A stretch of 64,000 bases of DNA from an uncultured Prevotellaceae bacterium (lineage in GTDB: Bacteria > Bacteroidota > Bacteroidia > Bacteroidales > Bacteroidaceae): contig CADASP010000011.1 of the NCBI GenBank assembly GCA_902790625.1, positions 9,856 through 73,855 on the forward strand. Reading direction: 5' to 3'. Of this stretch, positions 18,072-27,217 are shown piece by piece. Position numbers and translations under genes: made by a program. The first letter of the stretch is position 1. Every line of letters starts with the position of its first letter. The notes beneath the pieces are model-generated. The model ran no database searches. It saw only the letters and a list, made by a program, of their open reading frames with translations, and was not told where the DNA came from.

Positions 18072-20498
18072 ATGCAAACAACGCGGCGAACCATCCTTTT
18101 GATGCTGGCACTCGGCTGCTGCCTTCTGATGCGGGGGCAGATGTTGAGCGACCTCACCTATCGGCGCTACACCGTGCAGGACGGTCTGCCGCAGATGCAG
18201 ACCGAACGGTTGTGGCAAGACTCGCGCGGATATATATATGTGGGTACGCTGTCGGGCTTCGTGCGCTTCGATGGCCGTGCCTTCACCCCCTTCCTCAAGG
18301 GTCGCCGCCTGAACATCGTGGGGTTTGCCGAGGTCGATGACAATGGTGCTCCCCTGCATGGCCATGGCGAGGTGAGGGCGCTGGGATTCTTCCGGCAGTG
18401 GACGGTGGACTACGACGGCGTGGAGCCGCTGCCCCTCGACGAGGATGGCCACTGGCTGCTGAACAACCTGAATGCCGGCAGCCTGCCCAACGGCTACGTG
18501 CTGATGGAGGACAGCCTGGAGCAGCAGCGGCGGCTGTGCCTGATGACGCGGCAGACCATCACCCCCGTGTTGGCACATCCACTGCTCGACACGATGACCC
18601 CCGACCGCAAGCTCTACTACGACCCCGAATCAGGCGAAGCGATAGCCCCCACAGAGCAAGGGACCTTCCTGCTGAAGCCTGACGGGGGACAGCCCACCAA
18701 ACTGTGGGACAAAACCGACGTCTACACCCTGCTGCGCACCGACTCGGCCCTGCTGGCCTTCGCCTCCGACGGCATTTATGCCTGGCAGGGCGACAGTCTG
18801 CGACTGCTGACCCAGGCCGACTGGACGGCGGCCAGCTATGGACTGACGGTGAGGAAGATACGCACGGACTGCGTGGTGGCCGACGAGCACAGCGTGTATC
18901 TTTGCGATGGCGAGGGCGTGCACCAGGTGGTGACGGGCATCAATCTCATCCGCGACGTGCTCGTCGACCGCTGGGACCGCCTGTGGGTGGCCACCTATCA
19001 GGGCGTCTACTGCTTCTTCACCCGCTGTTTCACCAATCATCAACTTGCTGACGAGAACGACATTGTGAGAGCCGTGGCCGCTTGTGGCGACGGACGACTG
19101 TTGATGGGTACGCTCAACGGCAAGCTGATGGTGCGCAGTCAGCGGGGCGCCACCACCATCGTCGACGACAATCCCGAACAGTTCTATGCCCCCAGTGCTG
19201 CCAAGGTGGGCGATGAGGTGTTCATGGCCGGCAATGGCGACGTGGTGGCCATCACCACGCATAACGACACCACCGCCACCCTGCGCTGGATAGGCTTGCC
19301 CCGCGACCGCTACCAGTTTGTGGCCTCGGCATGGGGCCGGGTCATTGTGGGCAGCCGCACCACCATCAGCGCCTACGACCCCGCCACAGCCACCATCGAC
19401 ACGCTGACCACCACCATCATACATCCGTGGTGCGCCGCACAGGATGCCAGCGGCAAGCTGTGGATAGGCAGCAGCGGGGGACTCTACTGCATCGACAAGA
19501 ACCGTCAAATGAGCAAGGTGGAATATGGCCAACAGAAACTCGTTGTCAGCGCCTTGGCCATCGACCAGCGGGGCAACATCTTCTTCGCCTCGGCCGACTC
19601 GCTCTTCTGCGTGGTCGACGGTCATGTGGCATCACTCACCCCTCAGATGCCGCAGCTCAGCGGCCACGAGGTGCGCTCGCTCCACCTGTCGCCACGGGGC
19701 TTCTTGGTGGCGGCGGTTGTCGACGGTCTGTTTGTCTGCCATGTCGACGACAAGGGTCGTCTCAGCGACCAGCGGTTCTTCAACCACCTGAATGGCTTCA
19801 CCATGACCGAACCGCTGAAGGCGGTGATGGCCGAAGAGGACGACGGCACCGTGTGGCTGCCCGGCATAGAACAGATGACCTCCTTCCGCCCCGAAGAGTT
19901 GCTGGCCTACAGCGAGGAAGACACCTACATCGCCCCGCCGCTGGCGTGGTGGCAGCACTGGTGGGTGTGGGCGCTGGTGTTGCTAACTGTGTCGCTGATG
20001 GTGTGGGCCGCCACCCGTTGGCATGAGAAGAGGGTGAACCGGAAGCGCATGGTGAAGCTGCAACGCGAGAACATCCAGCGCGAGGAGCAGATAGAGGCCA
20101 TACGCCAGAAAGCCATCGGCGAGGCCGACAGCGAGCTGGCCAAGGACATTGTGAAGATGACGGAGAAGACCTTTGCCGAGCGGCTCACCCTGCGCACCGC
20201 CAGCGGTACCGTCGTGGTGGAGGTGAAGGACATCGCCTACTTCAAGGGCGAGGGCAACTACTCGCAGCTGGTGACTTTCCACCACAACGACATGGTGCTG
20301 ATGGGCCTCGGTGCCTTGGAGAAGATGCTCAGCCCCGAGGTGTTTGTGCGTGCCGACCGCAGCACGCTGCTCAACATCCACCATGTGAGCAACCTGCTGC
20401 CCAAGCAGCGCCGCTGCATCTTCCGCTCGCCCGGTGGTCAGGAGGTGGAGACCACGCTGCTGGCACCCGCCTTCAAGCGTCTGGAGTATCTGCTGTAG
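18072..20498 (+). CDS. Membrane-spanning one-component regulator: periplasmic beta-propeller (Reg_prop-like), TM helix, LytTR DNA-binding domain
   Basis: Signal peptide; YTVQDGLPQ..LWQDSRGYIYVGT and D..G.LWIGS..GL propeller motifs; TM WWQHWWVWALVLLTVSLMVWAA; C-terminal DIAYFKGEGNYS...FVRADRSTLLN. No His-kinase or receiver motifs. Confidence 0.85.
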   Translation: MQTTRRTILLMLALGCCLLMRGQMLSDLTYRRYTVQDGLPQMQTERLWQDSRGYIYVGTLSGFVRFDGRAFTPFLKGRRLNIVGFAEVDDNGAPLHGHGEVRALGFFRQWTVDYDGVEPLPLDEDGHWLLNNLNAGSLPNGYVLMEDSLEQQRRLCLMTRQTITPVLAHPLLDTMTPDRKLYYDPESGEAIAPTEQGTFLLKPDGGQPTKLWDKTDVYTLLRTDSALLAFASDGIYAWQGDSLRLLTQADWTAASYGLTVRKIRTDCVVADEHSVYLCDGEGVHQVVTGINLIRDVLVDRWDRLWVATYQGVYCFFTRCFTNHQLADENDIVRAVAACGDGRLLMGTLNGKLMVRSQRGATTIVDDNPEQFYAPSAAKVGDEVFMAGNGDVVAITTHNDTTATLRWIGLPRDRYQFVASAWGRVIVGSRTTISAYDPATATIDTLTTTIIHPWCAAQDASGKLWIGSSGGLYCIDKNRQMSKVEYGQQKLVVSALAIDQRGNIFFASADSLFCVVDGHVASLTPQMPQLSGHEVRSLHLSPRGFLVAAVVDGLFVCHVDDKGRLSDQRFFNHLNGFTMTEPLKAVMAEEDDGTVWLPGIEQMTSFRPEELLAYSEEDTYIAPPLAWWQHWWVWALVLLTVSLMVWAATRWHEKRVNRKRMVKLQRENIQREEQIEAIRQKAIGEADSELAKDIVKMTEKTFAERLTLRTASGTVVVEVKDIAYFKGEGNYSQLVTFHHNDMVLMGLGALEKMLSPEVFVRADRSTLLNIHHVSNLLPKQRRCIFRSPGGQEVETTLLAPAFKRLEYLL

Positions 20499-20590
20499 TC
20501 CTCCCTGTCCTTTGCCCTCCTCTCCATCCTCTCCCCGTCGGTGCCTTTTCCAGCCGCAAGCGTTTTTTTTCAAATAAACCCACGAATTGC

Positions 20591-20622
20591 TTTGGCTGTC
20601 TGAAAGAATTTTCGTAATTTTG
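20591..20622 (+). promoter_or_regulatory. Canonical -33/-7 promoter
   Basis: TTTG (20591-20594), 20-bp spacer, TAATTTTG (20615-20622). Confidence 0.75.
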
Positions 20623-20685
20623 CATCCCGTATTGTGGCCCCTTAACTTATTTTTCGCATCGAAAAGCCGCAATGCAGACACAAAG

Positions 20686-22152
20686 ATGATGAAGACAGGA
20701 TTCGACAACGAGAAGTACCTCAAAATTCAGAGCGAACACATTCGCGACCGTATTGCCCAGTTCGACGGCAAGCTCTACATGGAACTGGGTGGAAAACTCT
20801 TCGACGACCACCACGCCTCGCGCGTGCTCCCCGGCTTCAAGCCCGACAGCAAGCTGCGCATGTTGGCACAGCTGCGCGACAGCTTGGAGATTGTTATCGT
20901 GGTCTCAGCCGACGACATCGAGAAGAACAAGGTGCGCGCCGACCTGGGCATCACCTACGACGAGGACGTGCTGCGTCTGCGCGAGGAGTTCCAGAGTCGG
21001 CAGTTCATGGTGGGTAGCGTGGTCATCACCCACTACAACGGCCAGCATGCCGCCGACCAGTTCCGTCACCGCTTGGAGCGCATGGGCATCCGCAGCTACG
21101 TGCACTACCTCATCGACGGCTACCCCCACAACGTGGAGCTTATTGCCAGCGAAGACGGATTTGGCAAGAACGATTATGTGGAGACGTCGCGCGAGCTGGT
21201 CATCGTCACCGCTCCCGGCCCCGGCAGCGGCAAGATGGCCGTGTGCCTCAGCCAGCTCTACAACGAGAACAAGCGAGGCATCCACGCAGGATATGCAAAG
21301 TTCGAGACCTTCCCCGTGTGGAACCTGCCGCTGAAACACCCTGTGAACATCGCCTATGAGGCTGCCACCGCCGACCTGAACGATGTGAACATGATCGACC
21401 CCTTCCATCTGGAGGCCTACGACAAGATTGCTGTCAACTACAACCGCGACATCGAGATATTCCCCGTGCTCAACGCGCTCTTCGAGGGCATCTACGGCGT
21501 GAACCCCTACAAGAGTCCCACCGACATGGGCGTGAACATGGTGGGGTTCTGCATCAGCGACGACGAGGTGTGCTGCAATGCCAGTCGCGAGGAAATCATC
21601 CGCCGCTACTACGATGCCACCAACAAGCTGGCCGACGGTGCCGACAACGAGCGCGAGGTGAACAAGATTCTGCTGCTCTTCAACCAGGCACACATCACCA
21701 CCGCCTATCGCCGCGTCACCGTGGCCGCAGCCGCCAAGCGCGAGCTGAGCGGGCACACCGCCGCCGCCATGGAGCTGAGCGACGGCACCATCATCACATC
21801 GAAGAGCTCGCCCCTGCTGGGATGCTCTGCCGCCCTGCTGCTCAACGCCACCAAGCACTTGGCCGGCATCCCCCACGAGGCCAGGCTCATCCCGCAGTCG
21901 CTCATCGAACCCGTGCAGAAGACGAAGACCGAATACTTGGGTGCACACAACCCACGTCTGCACACCGACGAGGTGCTGGTGGCGCTGAGCGTGCTGAGTC
22001 AGGGCGATGAGCGCTGCCGCCGTGCGCTGGAGCAGTTGCCACAGCTGAAGGGGTGCCAGGTGCACAGCACCGTGATGCTGAGCGAGGTGGACCGCAAGAT
22101 TTTCAAGAAACTGGGTTGCGGACTCACCTGCGATCCCGTGAAGAAGAAGTGA
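20686..22152 (+). CDS. DUF1846 family protein (P-loop containing)
   Basis: MKTGFDNEKYL.IQS.HI..RI.QF.GKLY.E.GGKLFDD.HASRVLPGF; TAPGPGSGKMA; YAKFETFPVWN. Start moved to ATG 20686. Confidence 0.9.
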   Translation: MMKTGFDNEKYLKIQSEHIRDRIAQFDGKLYMELGGKLFDDHHASRVLPGFKPDSKLRMLAQLRDSLEIVIVVSADDIEKNKVRADLGITYDEDVLRLREEFQSRQFMVGSVVITHYNGQHAADQFRHRLERMGIRSYVHYLIDGYPHNVELIASEDGFGKNDYVETSRELVIVTAPGPGSGKMAVCLSQLYNENKRGIHAGYAKFETFPVWNLPLKHPVNIAYEAATADLNDVNMIDPFHLEAYDKIAVNYNRDIEIFPVLNALFEGIYGVNPYKSPTDMGVNMVGFCISDDEVCCNASREEIIRRYYDATNKLADGADNEREVNKILLLFNQAHITTAYRRVTVAAAAKRELSGHTAAAMELSDGTIITSKSSPLLGCSAALLLNATKHLAGIPHEARLIPQSLIEPVQKTKTEYLGAHNPRLHTDEVLVALSVLSQGDERCRRALEQLPQLKGCQVHSTVMLSEVDRKIFKKLGCGLTCDPVKKK

Positions 22153-22248
22153 TAACGGGATGTCGTTATACCGTGATTTCGTTATAACGGCATCCCGTCA
22201 TTTCGTTATCTCGTCATTTCGTTATATCGTTATTCCGCCATCCCGTCA

Positions 22249-23286
22249 ATGAACCGATATTTATCATTTATCATTTTCCGTTTGTCCTTCAGCGTAGCGC
22301 TCTGTGTGGCGCTTTGCTTCACGCTTTCGTCCTGCGTCGACGAGGAGGAACTGCCCGACACACCGACGGGGAATTTCGAGGCGCTGTGGCGCATCATCGA
22401 CGAGCACTACTGCTTCCTCGACTACAAGCAACATGAGCTGGGAGTGGACTGGCAGCAGGTGTACTATAAGTATAAGGAACGCGTGAACGACAAGATGAAC
22501 GACCTGCAGCTCTTCGAGGTGCTGTGCCAGATGCTGGGCGAGCTTCGCGATGGGCATGTGAACCTCTCGGCGGCCCACGACTACGGACGCTATTGGAGCT
22601 GGTTCGAAGACTATCCGGCCAATCTGAGCGACTCGCTGCTGCGCGTCTATCTGGGCACCGACTACAGGATTGCTGGCGGTTTGGACTACCGCATCCTTGA
22701 CGACAACATCGGCTATGTGCGCTACGACAGCTTCACATCGGGCTTCGGCGAGGGCAACCTCGACGAGGTGCTGATGCATCTGATGCTCTGCCAAGGGCTT
22801 ATCATCGATATCAGGGGCAACGGGGGAGGCAACCTGACCAATGCCGACATGCTGGCCGCCCGCTTCTGCCACGAGAAGACCCTCGTGGGCTACACGCAGC
22901 ATAAGACGGGACCAGGCCACAACGACTTCTCAGACTTGCAGCCCCATTATCTGGAGCCTTCGAAGAACATCCGCTGGCACAAGCCCGTGGTGGTGCTCAC
23001 CAACCGCCACGTCTTCTCGGCGGCCAACGAGTTCACCATGTATATGAAGGCTCTGCCGCAGGTGAAGGTGGTGGGCGACCATACCGGCGGCGGTGCTGGC
23101 ATGCCCTTCTCGTCGTCGTTGCCCAATGGCTGGAGCGTGCGCTTCTCAGCCGTGCCCACCTACGACGCCCAGCGCCATTCCACCGAGTTCGGCATCGAAC
23201 CCGACTACTACGTCAGCCTCACCGACGATGACTTCCGGCGTGGCCGCGACACCATCATCGAGTTCGCCCGCCAGTTGCTGAGATGA
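22249..23286 (+). CDS. S41 family peptidase lipoprotein (tricorn C1 + S41)
   Basis: Lipobox LSSC; NFEALW.IIDEHYCF, L.DGHVNL, IIDIRGNGGG, FSAANEF, VGDHTGGG, GIEPD. Confidence 0.9.
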   Translation: MNRYLSFIIFRLSFSVALCVALCFTLSSCVDEEELPDTPTGNFEALWRIIDEHYCFLDYKQHELGVDWQQVYYKYKERVNDKMNDLQLFEVLCQMLGELRDGHVNLSAAHDYGRYWSWFEDYPANLSDSLLRVYLGTDYRIAGGLDYRILDDNIGYVRYDSFTSGFGEGNLDEVLMHLMLCQGLIIDIRGNGGGNLTNADMLAARFCHEKTLVGYTQHKTGPGHNDFSDLQPHYLEPSKNIRWHKPVVVLTNRHVFSAANEFTMYMKALPQVKVVGDHTGGGAGMPFSSSLPNGWSVRFSAVPTYDAQRHSTEFGIEPDYYVSLTDDDFRRGRDTIIEFARQLLR

Positions 23287-23317
23287 CGAAGCCCCCTCCC
23301 TCTCCTTTGCAAGTTCA

Positions 23318-23359
23318 AAACAGAAGAAGCGCAGCCAAAAGACTGCGCTTCTTCTGTTT
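23318..23359. terminator. Bidirectional terminator between convergent genes
   Basis: aaacagaagaagcgcag...ctgcgcttcttctgttt. Confidence 0.75.
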
Positions 23360-23409
23360 CTCGCATCGGCGTTTGGCCAATGATGCTGTTCCTTCATGCC
23401 TAAGAGCCG

Positions 23410-25260
23410 TTAGCTCTCGTAGTCTATCTCGTGGTCGAGCTTCTCCAAGAAATCGTCGAACACCTCGCGGTCAACGTCGCCCATGGCATACTCCTTCTCG
23501 GCATCCTTCCTGATTTCGGCTATCCAGGCGCGGCGAGCCTGCACATAGTCTTCGCGTATGCGCTCACAAGCCTGCTCGTCGAGTTCCGTCAGGTGGTAGT
23601 AGTCAAGTATGAGCTGGTAGCTCCATGCCCAGCGGTAGTCGCTGTATCGGTTGTTGATGTCGTCGAAGCGGTCGAGCACCTGGGTGATGTTGTCGATGGC
23701 ACCATTGTTGATGTCGTCGATGAGGCGCTGCTCCTCGCTCACGGGGGTGAGCAGTCCGCTCAGGTCGGACCAAGGGCCTTTGCCCACTTCCGATTTTGGC
23801 TTGCCGAAGAATCCCTCCTTGGTGGCGCGCTTCAGCACGGCTCCCATATAGATGCGCAGGGCGATGTCGTAGTACTTCAAGCCCTTTTGTAGACTGGAGG
23901 CGTTGATGACGTATTCATGGAAGTTGTAGGTGGTGACGTTGTCGCCGCTGGCCTGGCGCAGCGCTTCCAGAATCTTGATGCCTTCCACAATCTCGCCCAC
24001 GGTGTAGGGGCTGAGCCAGTCGAAGTTGATGATGCTCTTCTTGGCCAACTTTGAGCGCTTGTCGCGCTTGGGCCATTTCTTGATGTCGCGGTAGAGACCC
24101 ACCGTGGTGATGTTGCGTCCGGGCACGATGTACATCGTCTCGCCGTAGGCCATCAGATAGCTGAACGGCAGGTTGCGTGTGTCGGGGTGGTGCATCAGCT
24201 TGCCGAAGCAGACGCTGAAGGCGCCGATGGTGGCGGGCATCAGCACATAGCTGCCCGAGGCGGTCTTCGTGCCGCGCTCCAGCGTGCCGTAGTGCATAGG
24301 CCCCATCTTGTAGGCGTGGTTCGAGAAATTGGTGTTCGAGCCGGCGTTGTAGAACGAGAACTGTCCGCCGATGAGCAGGCTCGACTTGTGGTGGCTGGCC
24401 GAGAAGGGGCCGCAGAAGGCGGCGCAGGCCTCGCCGTTGGCCATGAACGAGTTGGCGAAGAACAGACTGGCCTCGGCGGTGAAGCCGTTGGTGATTTGGC
24501 AGGCCTCGCCCACAAAGCAGTCCTGCATCTTCACCGAGTTGTTGATGCTGCAGCCGTCGCAGATGATGCTGTTCTCGCAGATGACACCCGTGCCGATGAA
24601 CACGCTGGCATCCTCGCTGCTGAGGATGGTGCACTCGTTGAGTCGTGCGCAACCGCTGATTTCGCAGTCGCCTTTGATGACGGTGTTGGTGATGTCCTTG
24701 GTGTTGATGATTTTCACGCGATTGCCGATGATGCCGCGGTCGGGCGTGGAGATGCGCACCTCGTCGTCGATGAGCTGGTGCAGACGCTGCATCAATGCCT
24801 TGTCGTCGTGGTGCTTCACCATGAAGGCGGCCAACTGCGAGTTCAGCTCGCGGAAGAGCGTCACGTTGCCGTCGCCCATCTCGTTGAGCACGCTGATGGT
24901 AGAGCCGGCGCCATAGCTGGCACCCTCGGTGGTCTCCAGCGTCGAGATGTTCGAGATGTAGCAGTCGTCGCCGATGGTGTAGTTGTTGATGAAGTTGCCC
25001 ACCTTTTCAATCAGGCAGTCGTTGCCCACACTGACGTTGCGCAGCGTGGCGTCATTGATGCCCGAGTGCTTGAAGAAGCCCTTGGCCACCTCAATCTTCT
25101 TCTCGAAACGTCCTAAGCGGATGTCGCCGTAGAACATCACGCGATGGAAGTTGTACGGCCGGAATTCCTCATGCACCAGCACACGTGTCCAGTCCTCGGC
25201 CCAGCACACGTTCTGCTCTAAAACCCGAATCTCGTCTTGAGTTAGTTGTCTGTAGTTCAT
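23410..25260 (-). CDS. DUF4954 family protein (left-handed beta-helix-like)
   Basis: MNYRQLT..EI..LE.N.CWAEDW; hexapeptide-like repeats; CGPFSASHHKSSLLIGG.FSFYNAGS.TNFSNHAYKMGP.H.G.LERG.KT.SG. Confidence 0.88.
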   Translation of the reverse strand: MNYRQLTQDEIRVLEQNVCWAEDWTRVLVHEEFRPYNFHRVMFYGDIRLGRFEKKIEVAKGFFKHSGINDATLRNVSVGNDCLIEKVGNFINNYTIGDDCYISNISTLETTEGASYGAGSTISVLNEMGDGNVTLFRELNSQLAAFMVKHHDDKALMQRLHQLIDDEVRISTPDRGIIGNRVKIINTKDITNTVIKGDCEISGCARLNECTILSSEDASVFIGTGVICENSIICDGCSINNSVKMQDCFVGEACQITNGFTAEASLFFANSFMANGEACAAFCGPFSASHHKSSLLIGGQFSFYNAGSNTNFSNHAYKMGPMHYGTLERGTKTASGSYVLMPATIGAFSVCFGKLMHHPDTRNLPFSYLMAYGETMYIVPGRNITTVGLYRDIKKWPKRDKRSKLAKKSIINFDWLSPYTVGEIVEGIKILEALRQASGDNVTTYNFHEYVINASSLQKGLKYYDIALRIYMGAVLKRATKEGFFGKPKSEVGKGPWSDLSGLLTPVSEEQRLIDDINNGAIDNITQVLDRFDDINNRYSDYRWAWSYQLILDYYHLTELDEQACERIREDYVQARRAWIAEIRKDAEKEYAMGDVDREVFDDFLEKLDHEIDYES

Positions 25261-25285
25261 ATTAATATTTGTTGGTTGATTAGTT

Positions 25286-25325
25286 GGAGCGAAGGGGAGT
25301 GAAAAGGAGTGAAAGGGAGTGAAGG
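25286..25325. repeat. GGAGTGAAA array, left arm of the four-helix-bundle cassette
   Basis: ggagcg at 25286; ggagtg at 25296, 25306, 25316. Confidence 0.8.
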
Positions 25326-25343
25326 GACATCAGTCCTTTGGCT

Positions 25344-25721
25344 TCAGTCTTTGATTCCATTGTTGTTTATTATTCCTTTACAATAAGAATTCAAGAACCT
25401 GCTGGCTTCTTCCAATGAATTGTAAAGTAGCTGAATATCAGTTTCGTCAATATATGCAATATCTCTTGATAGAATCAAGTAGTCCCGGCATTCTTCAAGA
25501 CTTCCCTGAGCGATGTTGAGCATTCTAAGTTTATCTGCTTTGCTTATCCTTTTATATCCTTCTGCTATATTGGCTTCTATAGATACTGCAGCCCGGCGAA
25601 ATTGTGATGTCAAGCCAAAACGTTCATCTTCGGGGAACTTCTTTGTCACCCGATAAGCTTCTATGACAAAAGCATGTGCTTTTTGCCATGCTATCACATT
25701 TTGAAATCCATATAGTATCAT
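25344..25721 (-). CDS. Four-helix-bundle protein (23S rRNA IVP / Avd-like family)
   Basis: F..VIAWQKAH.F...Y..TK.FP.DERFGLTSQFRRAAVSI.ANIAEG...L.IA.GSL.E; low GC (21/60 in line 25381). Start moved to ATG 25721. Confidence 0.92.
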   Translation of the reverse strand: MILYGFQNVIAWQKAHAFVIEAYRVTKKFPEDERFGLTSQFRRAAVSIEANIAEGYKRISKADKLRMLNIAQGSLEECRDYLILSRDIAYIDETDIQLLYNSLEEASRFLNSYCKGIINNNGIKD

Positions 25722-25763
25722 GCGATTATATGATTGTATAAACAGTTCCAAATTATATAGTGT

Positions 25764-25856
25764 TCTCACTCCTTTCACTCCCTTCACTCCCTTTCACTCC
25801 TCCTCATCTAACGTCCTTTCACTCCCTCTCACTCCCTTTCACTCCCTTTCACTCCT
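25764..25856. repeat. TTTCACTCC array, right arm of the cassette; overlaps the hflX stop
   Basis: cactcc at 25767, 25776, 25785, 25795, 25820, 25830, 25840, 25850. Confidence 0.85.
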
Positions 25857-27168
25857 CCCACTCACTTTGGTACAAAAAGTCATTGTAGGGGTACTTCTGC
25901 ACGTGCAGCTCGCGTACCTTTTTATATAATAACGCGCGAAGCTCTTCGATATTGTCTTTTTGGCGTGCAGAAATGAAGATGCAGTCGCTGGCCGTCGTGA
26001 AGTCGGGGCTTTGGATGCGGGCCATCCAGGTGCGCTGTAGCTCGGCCAGTGAGATGTTCTCGCGTGTGGGCTCTGTCAGGTCGTCTTCGTCCTGCGGTGT
26101 CCAGCGGTAGGCATCGATTTTGTTGAATACAATCATCGAGGGCTTCTCGGCGCAGCCCAGCTCGGCCAGCGTCTGCTCCACCACCTTCAGCTGCTCCTCA
26201 AAGCCGGGGTGGCTGATGTCCACCACATGCACCAGCAAGTCGGCCTCGCGCACCTCGTCGAGGGTGCTCTTGAAGCTCTCCACCAGGTCGCTGGGCAGCT
26301 TGCGGATGAATCCCACGGTGTCGGCCAGCAGGAACGGCAGGTTTTCGATGGTCACCTTGCGCACGGTGGTGTCGAGGGTGGCAAAGAGCTTGTTCTCAGC
26401 GAAGACGTCGCTCTTCGCCAACAGGTTCATCAGCGTCGACTTGCCCACGTTGGTATATCCCACCAGCGCCACGCGTATCAGCCGTCCACGGTTCTTGCGC
26501 TGGGTGGTCTTCTGCTGGTCAATCTCTTGCAGACGCTGCTTCAGCAGGGTGATGCGATGCAGGATGATGCGGCGGTCCATCTCCAACTGCGTCTCGCCGG
26601 GGCCGCGCAGTCCCACGGTGCCCTTGCCGCCACCGCCGCCGCTGCCGCCTCCCTGACGTTCCAGGTGGGTCCACAGACGCTGCAGTCGGGGCAGCATATA
26701 GCGGTGCTGCGCCAGCTCCACCTGTGCCTTGGCCTCGGCGGTCTGGGCACGCATGGCAAAGATGTCGAGGATGAGGCTGGTGCGGTCCAGAATCTTCACC
26801 TGCAGCTCCTTCTCGATGTTGCGCAGCTGCTTGGCGCTCAGCTCGTCGTCGAAGATCACCATGCCCACGGGCTGGGGGCGCTGGCCGTTGGGCCATTCGG
26901 CATCATCGGCAGCTTCGTCGGCGGCATCTTGGCATTCTTTGATATAATTCTTAATCTCTTGCAACTTGCCGCTGCCCACATAGGTCACCTGACTGGGACC
27001 ATTGGCGCGCTGGGTGAAGCGGCGCATGGTGGTGGCACCGGCCGTCTCGGCCAGGAACTCCAGCTCGTCAAGGTATTCGCGGGTGGTGGCTTCGTCTTGC
27101 TGGGGGGTAATCAGTCCCACCAGCACCGCTGTCTCGGTTTTGGCTTCTGAGATGACAAATTCTTTCAT
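25849..27168 (-). CDS. hflX: GTPase HflX
   Basis: LDRT.LILDIFA.RA.T.EAK.QVELAQ; GPGETQLEMDRR; G1 VGYTNVGKST; LFATLDTT; DTVGFI; NKID. Confidence 0.97.
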   Translation of the reverse strand: MKEFVISEAKTETAVLVGLITPQQDEATTREYLDELEFLAETAGATTMRRFTQRANGPSQVTYVGSGKLQEIKNYIKECQDAADEAADDAEWPNGQRPQPVGMVIFDDELSAKQLRNIEKELQVKILDRTSLILDIFAMRAQTAEAKAQVELAQHRYMLPRLQRLWTHLERQGGGSGGGGGKGTVGLRGPGETQLEMDRRIILHRITLLKQRLQEIDQQKTTQRKNRGRLIRVALVGYTNVGKSTLMNLLAKSDVFAENKLFATLDTTVRKVTIENLPFLLADTVGFIRKLPSDLVESFKSTLDEVREADLLVHVVDISHPGFEEQLKVVEQTLAELGCAEKPSMIVFNKIDAYRWTPQDEDDLTEPTRENISLAELQRTWMARIQSPDFTTASDCIFISARQKDNIEELRALLYKKVRELHVQKYPYNDFLYQSEWEE

Positions 27169-27217
27169 TTCAAGGCATAATGATGTATGAATCCTCGTTG
27201 GCGTTCACTGCGGTGGC

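Noticed and set aside
25344-25721. Diversity-generating retroelement (Avd-like gene)
   Set aside because: No reverse transcriptase and no TR/VR pair differing at adenines was seen.
3792-25787. ORF-track starts at 3792, 17946, 18006, 20587 and 25787
   Set aside because: These extensions run through promoter elements or repeats; downstream ATGs give proper signal peptides or family N-termini.
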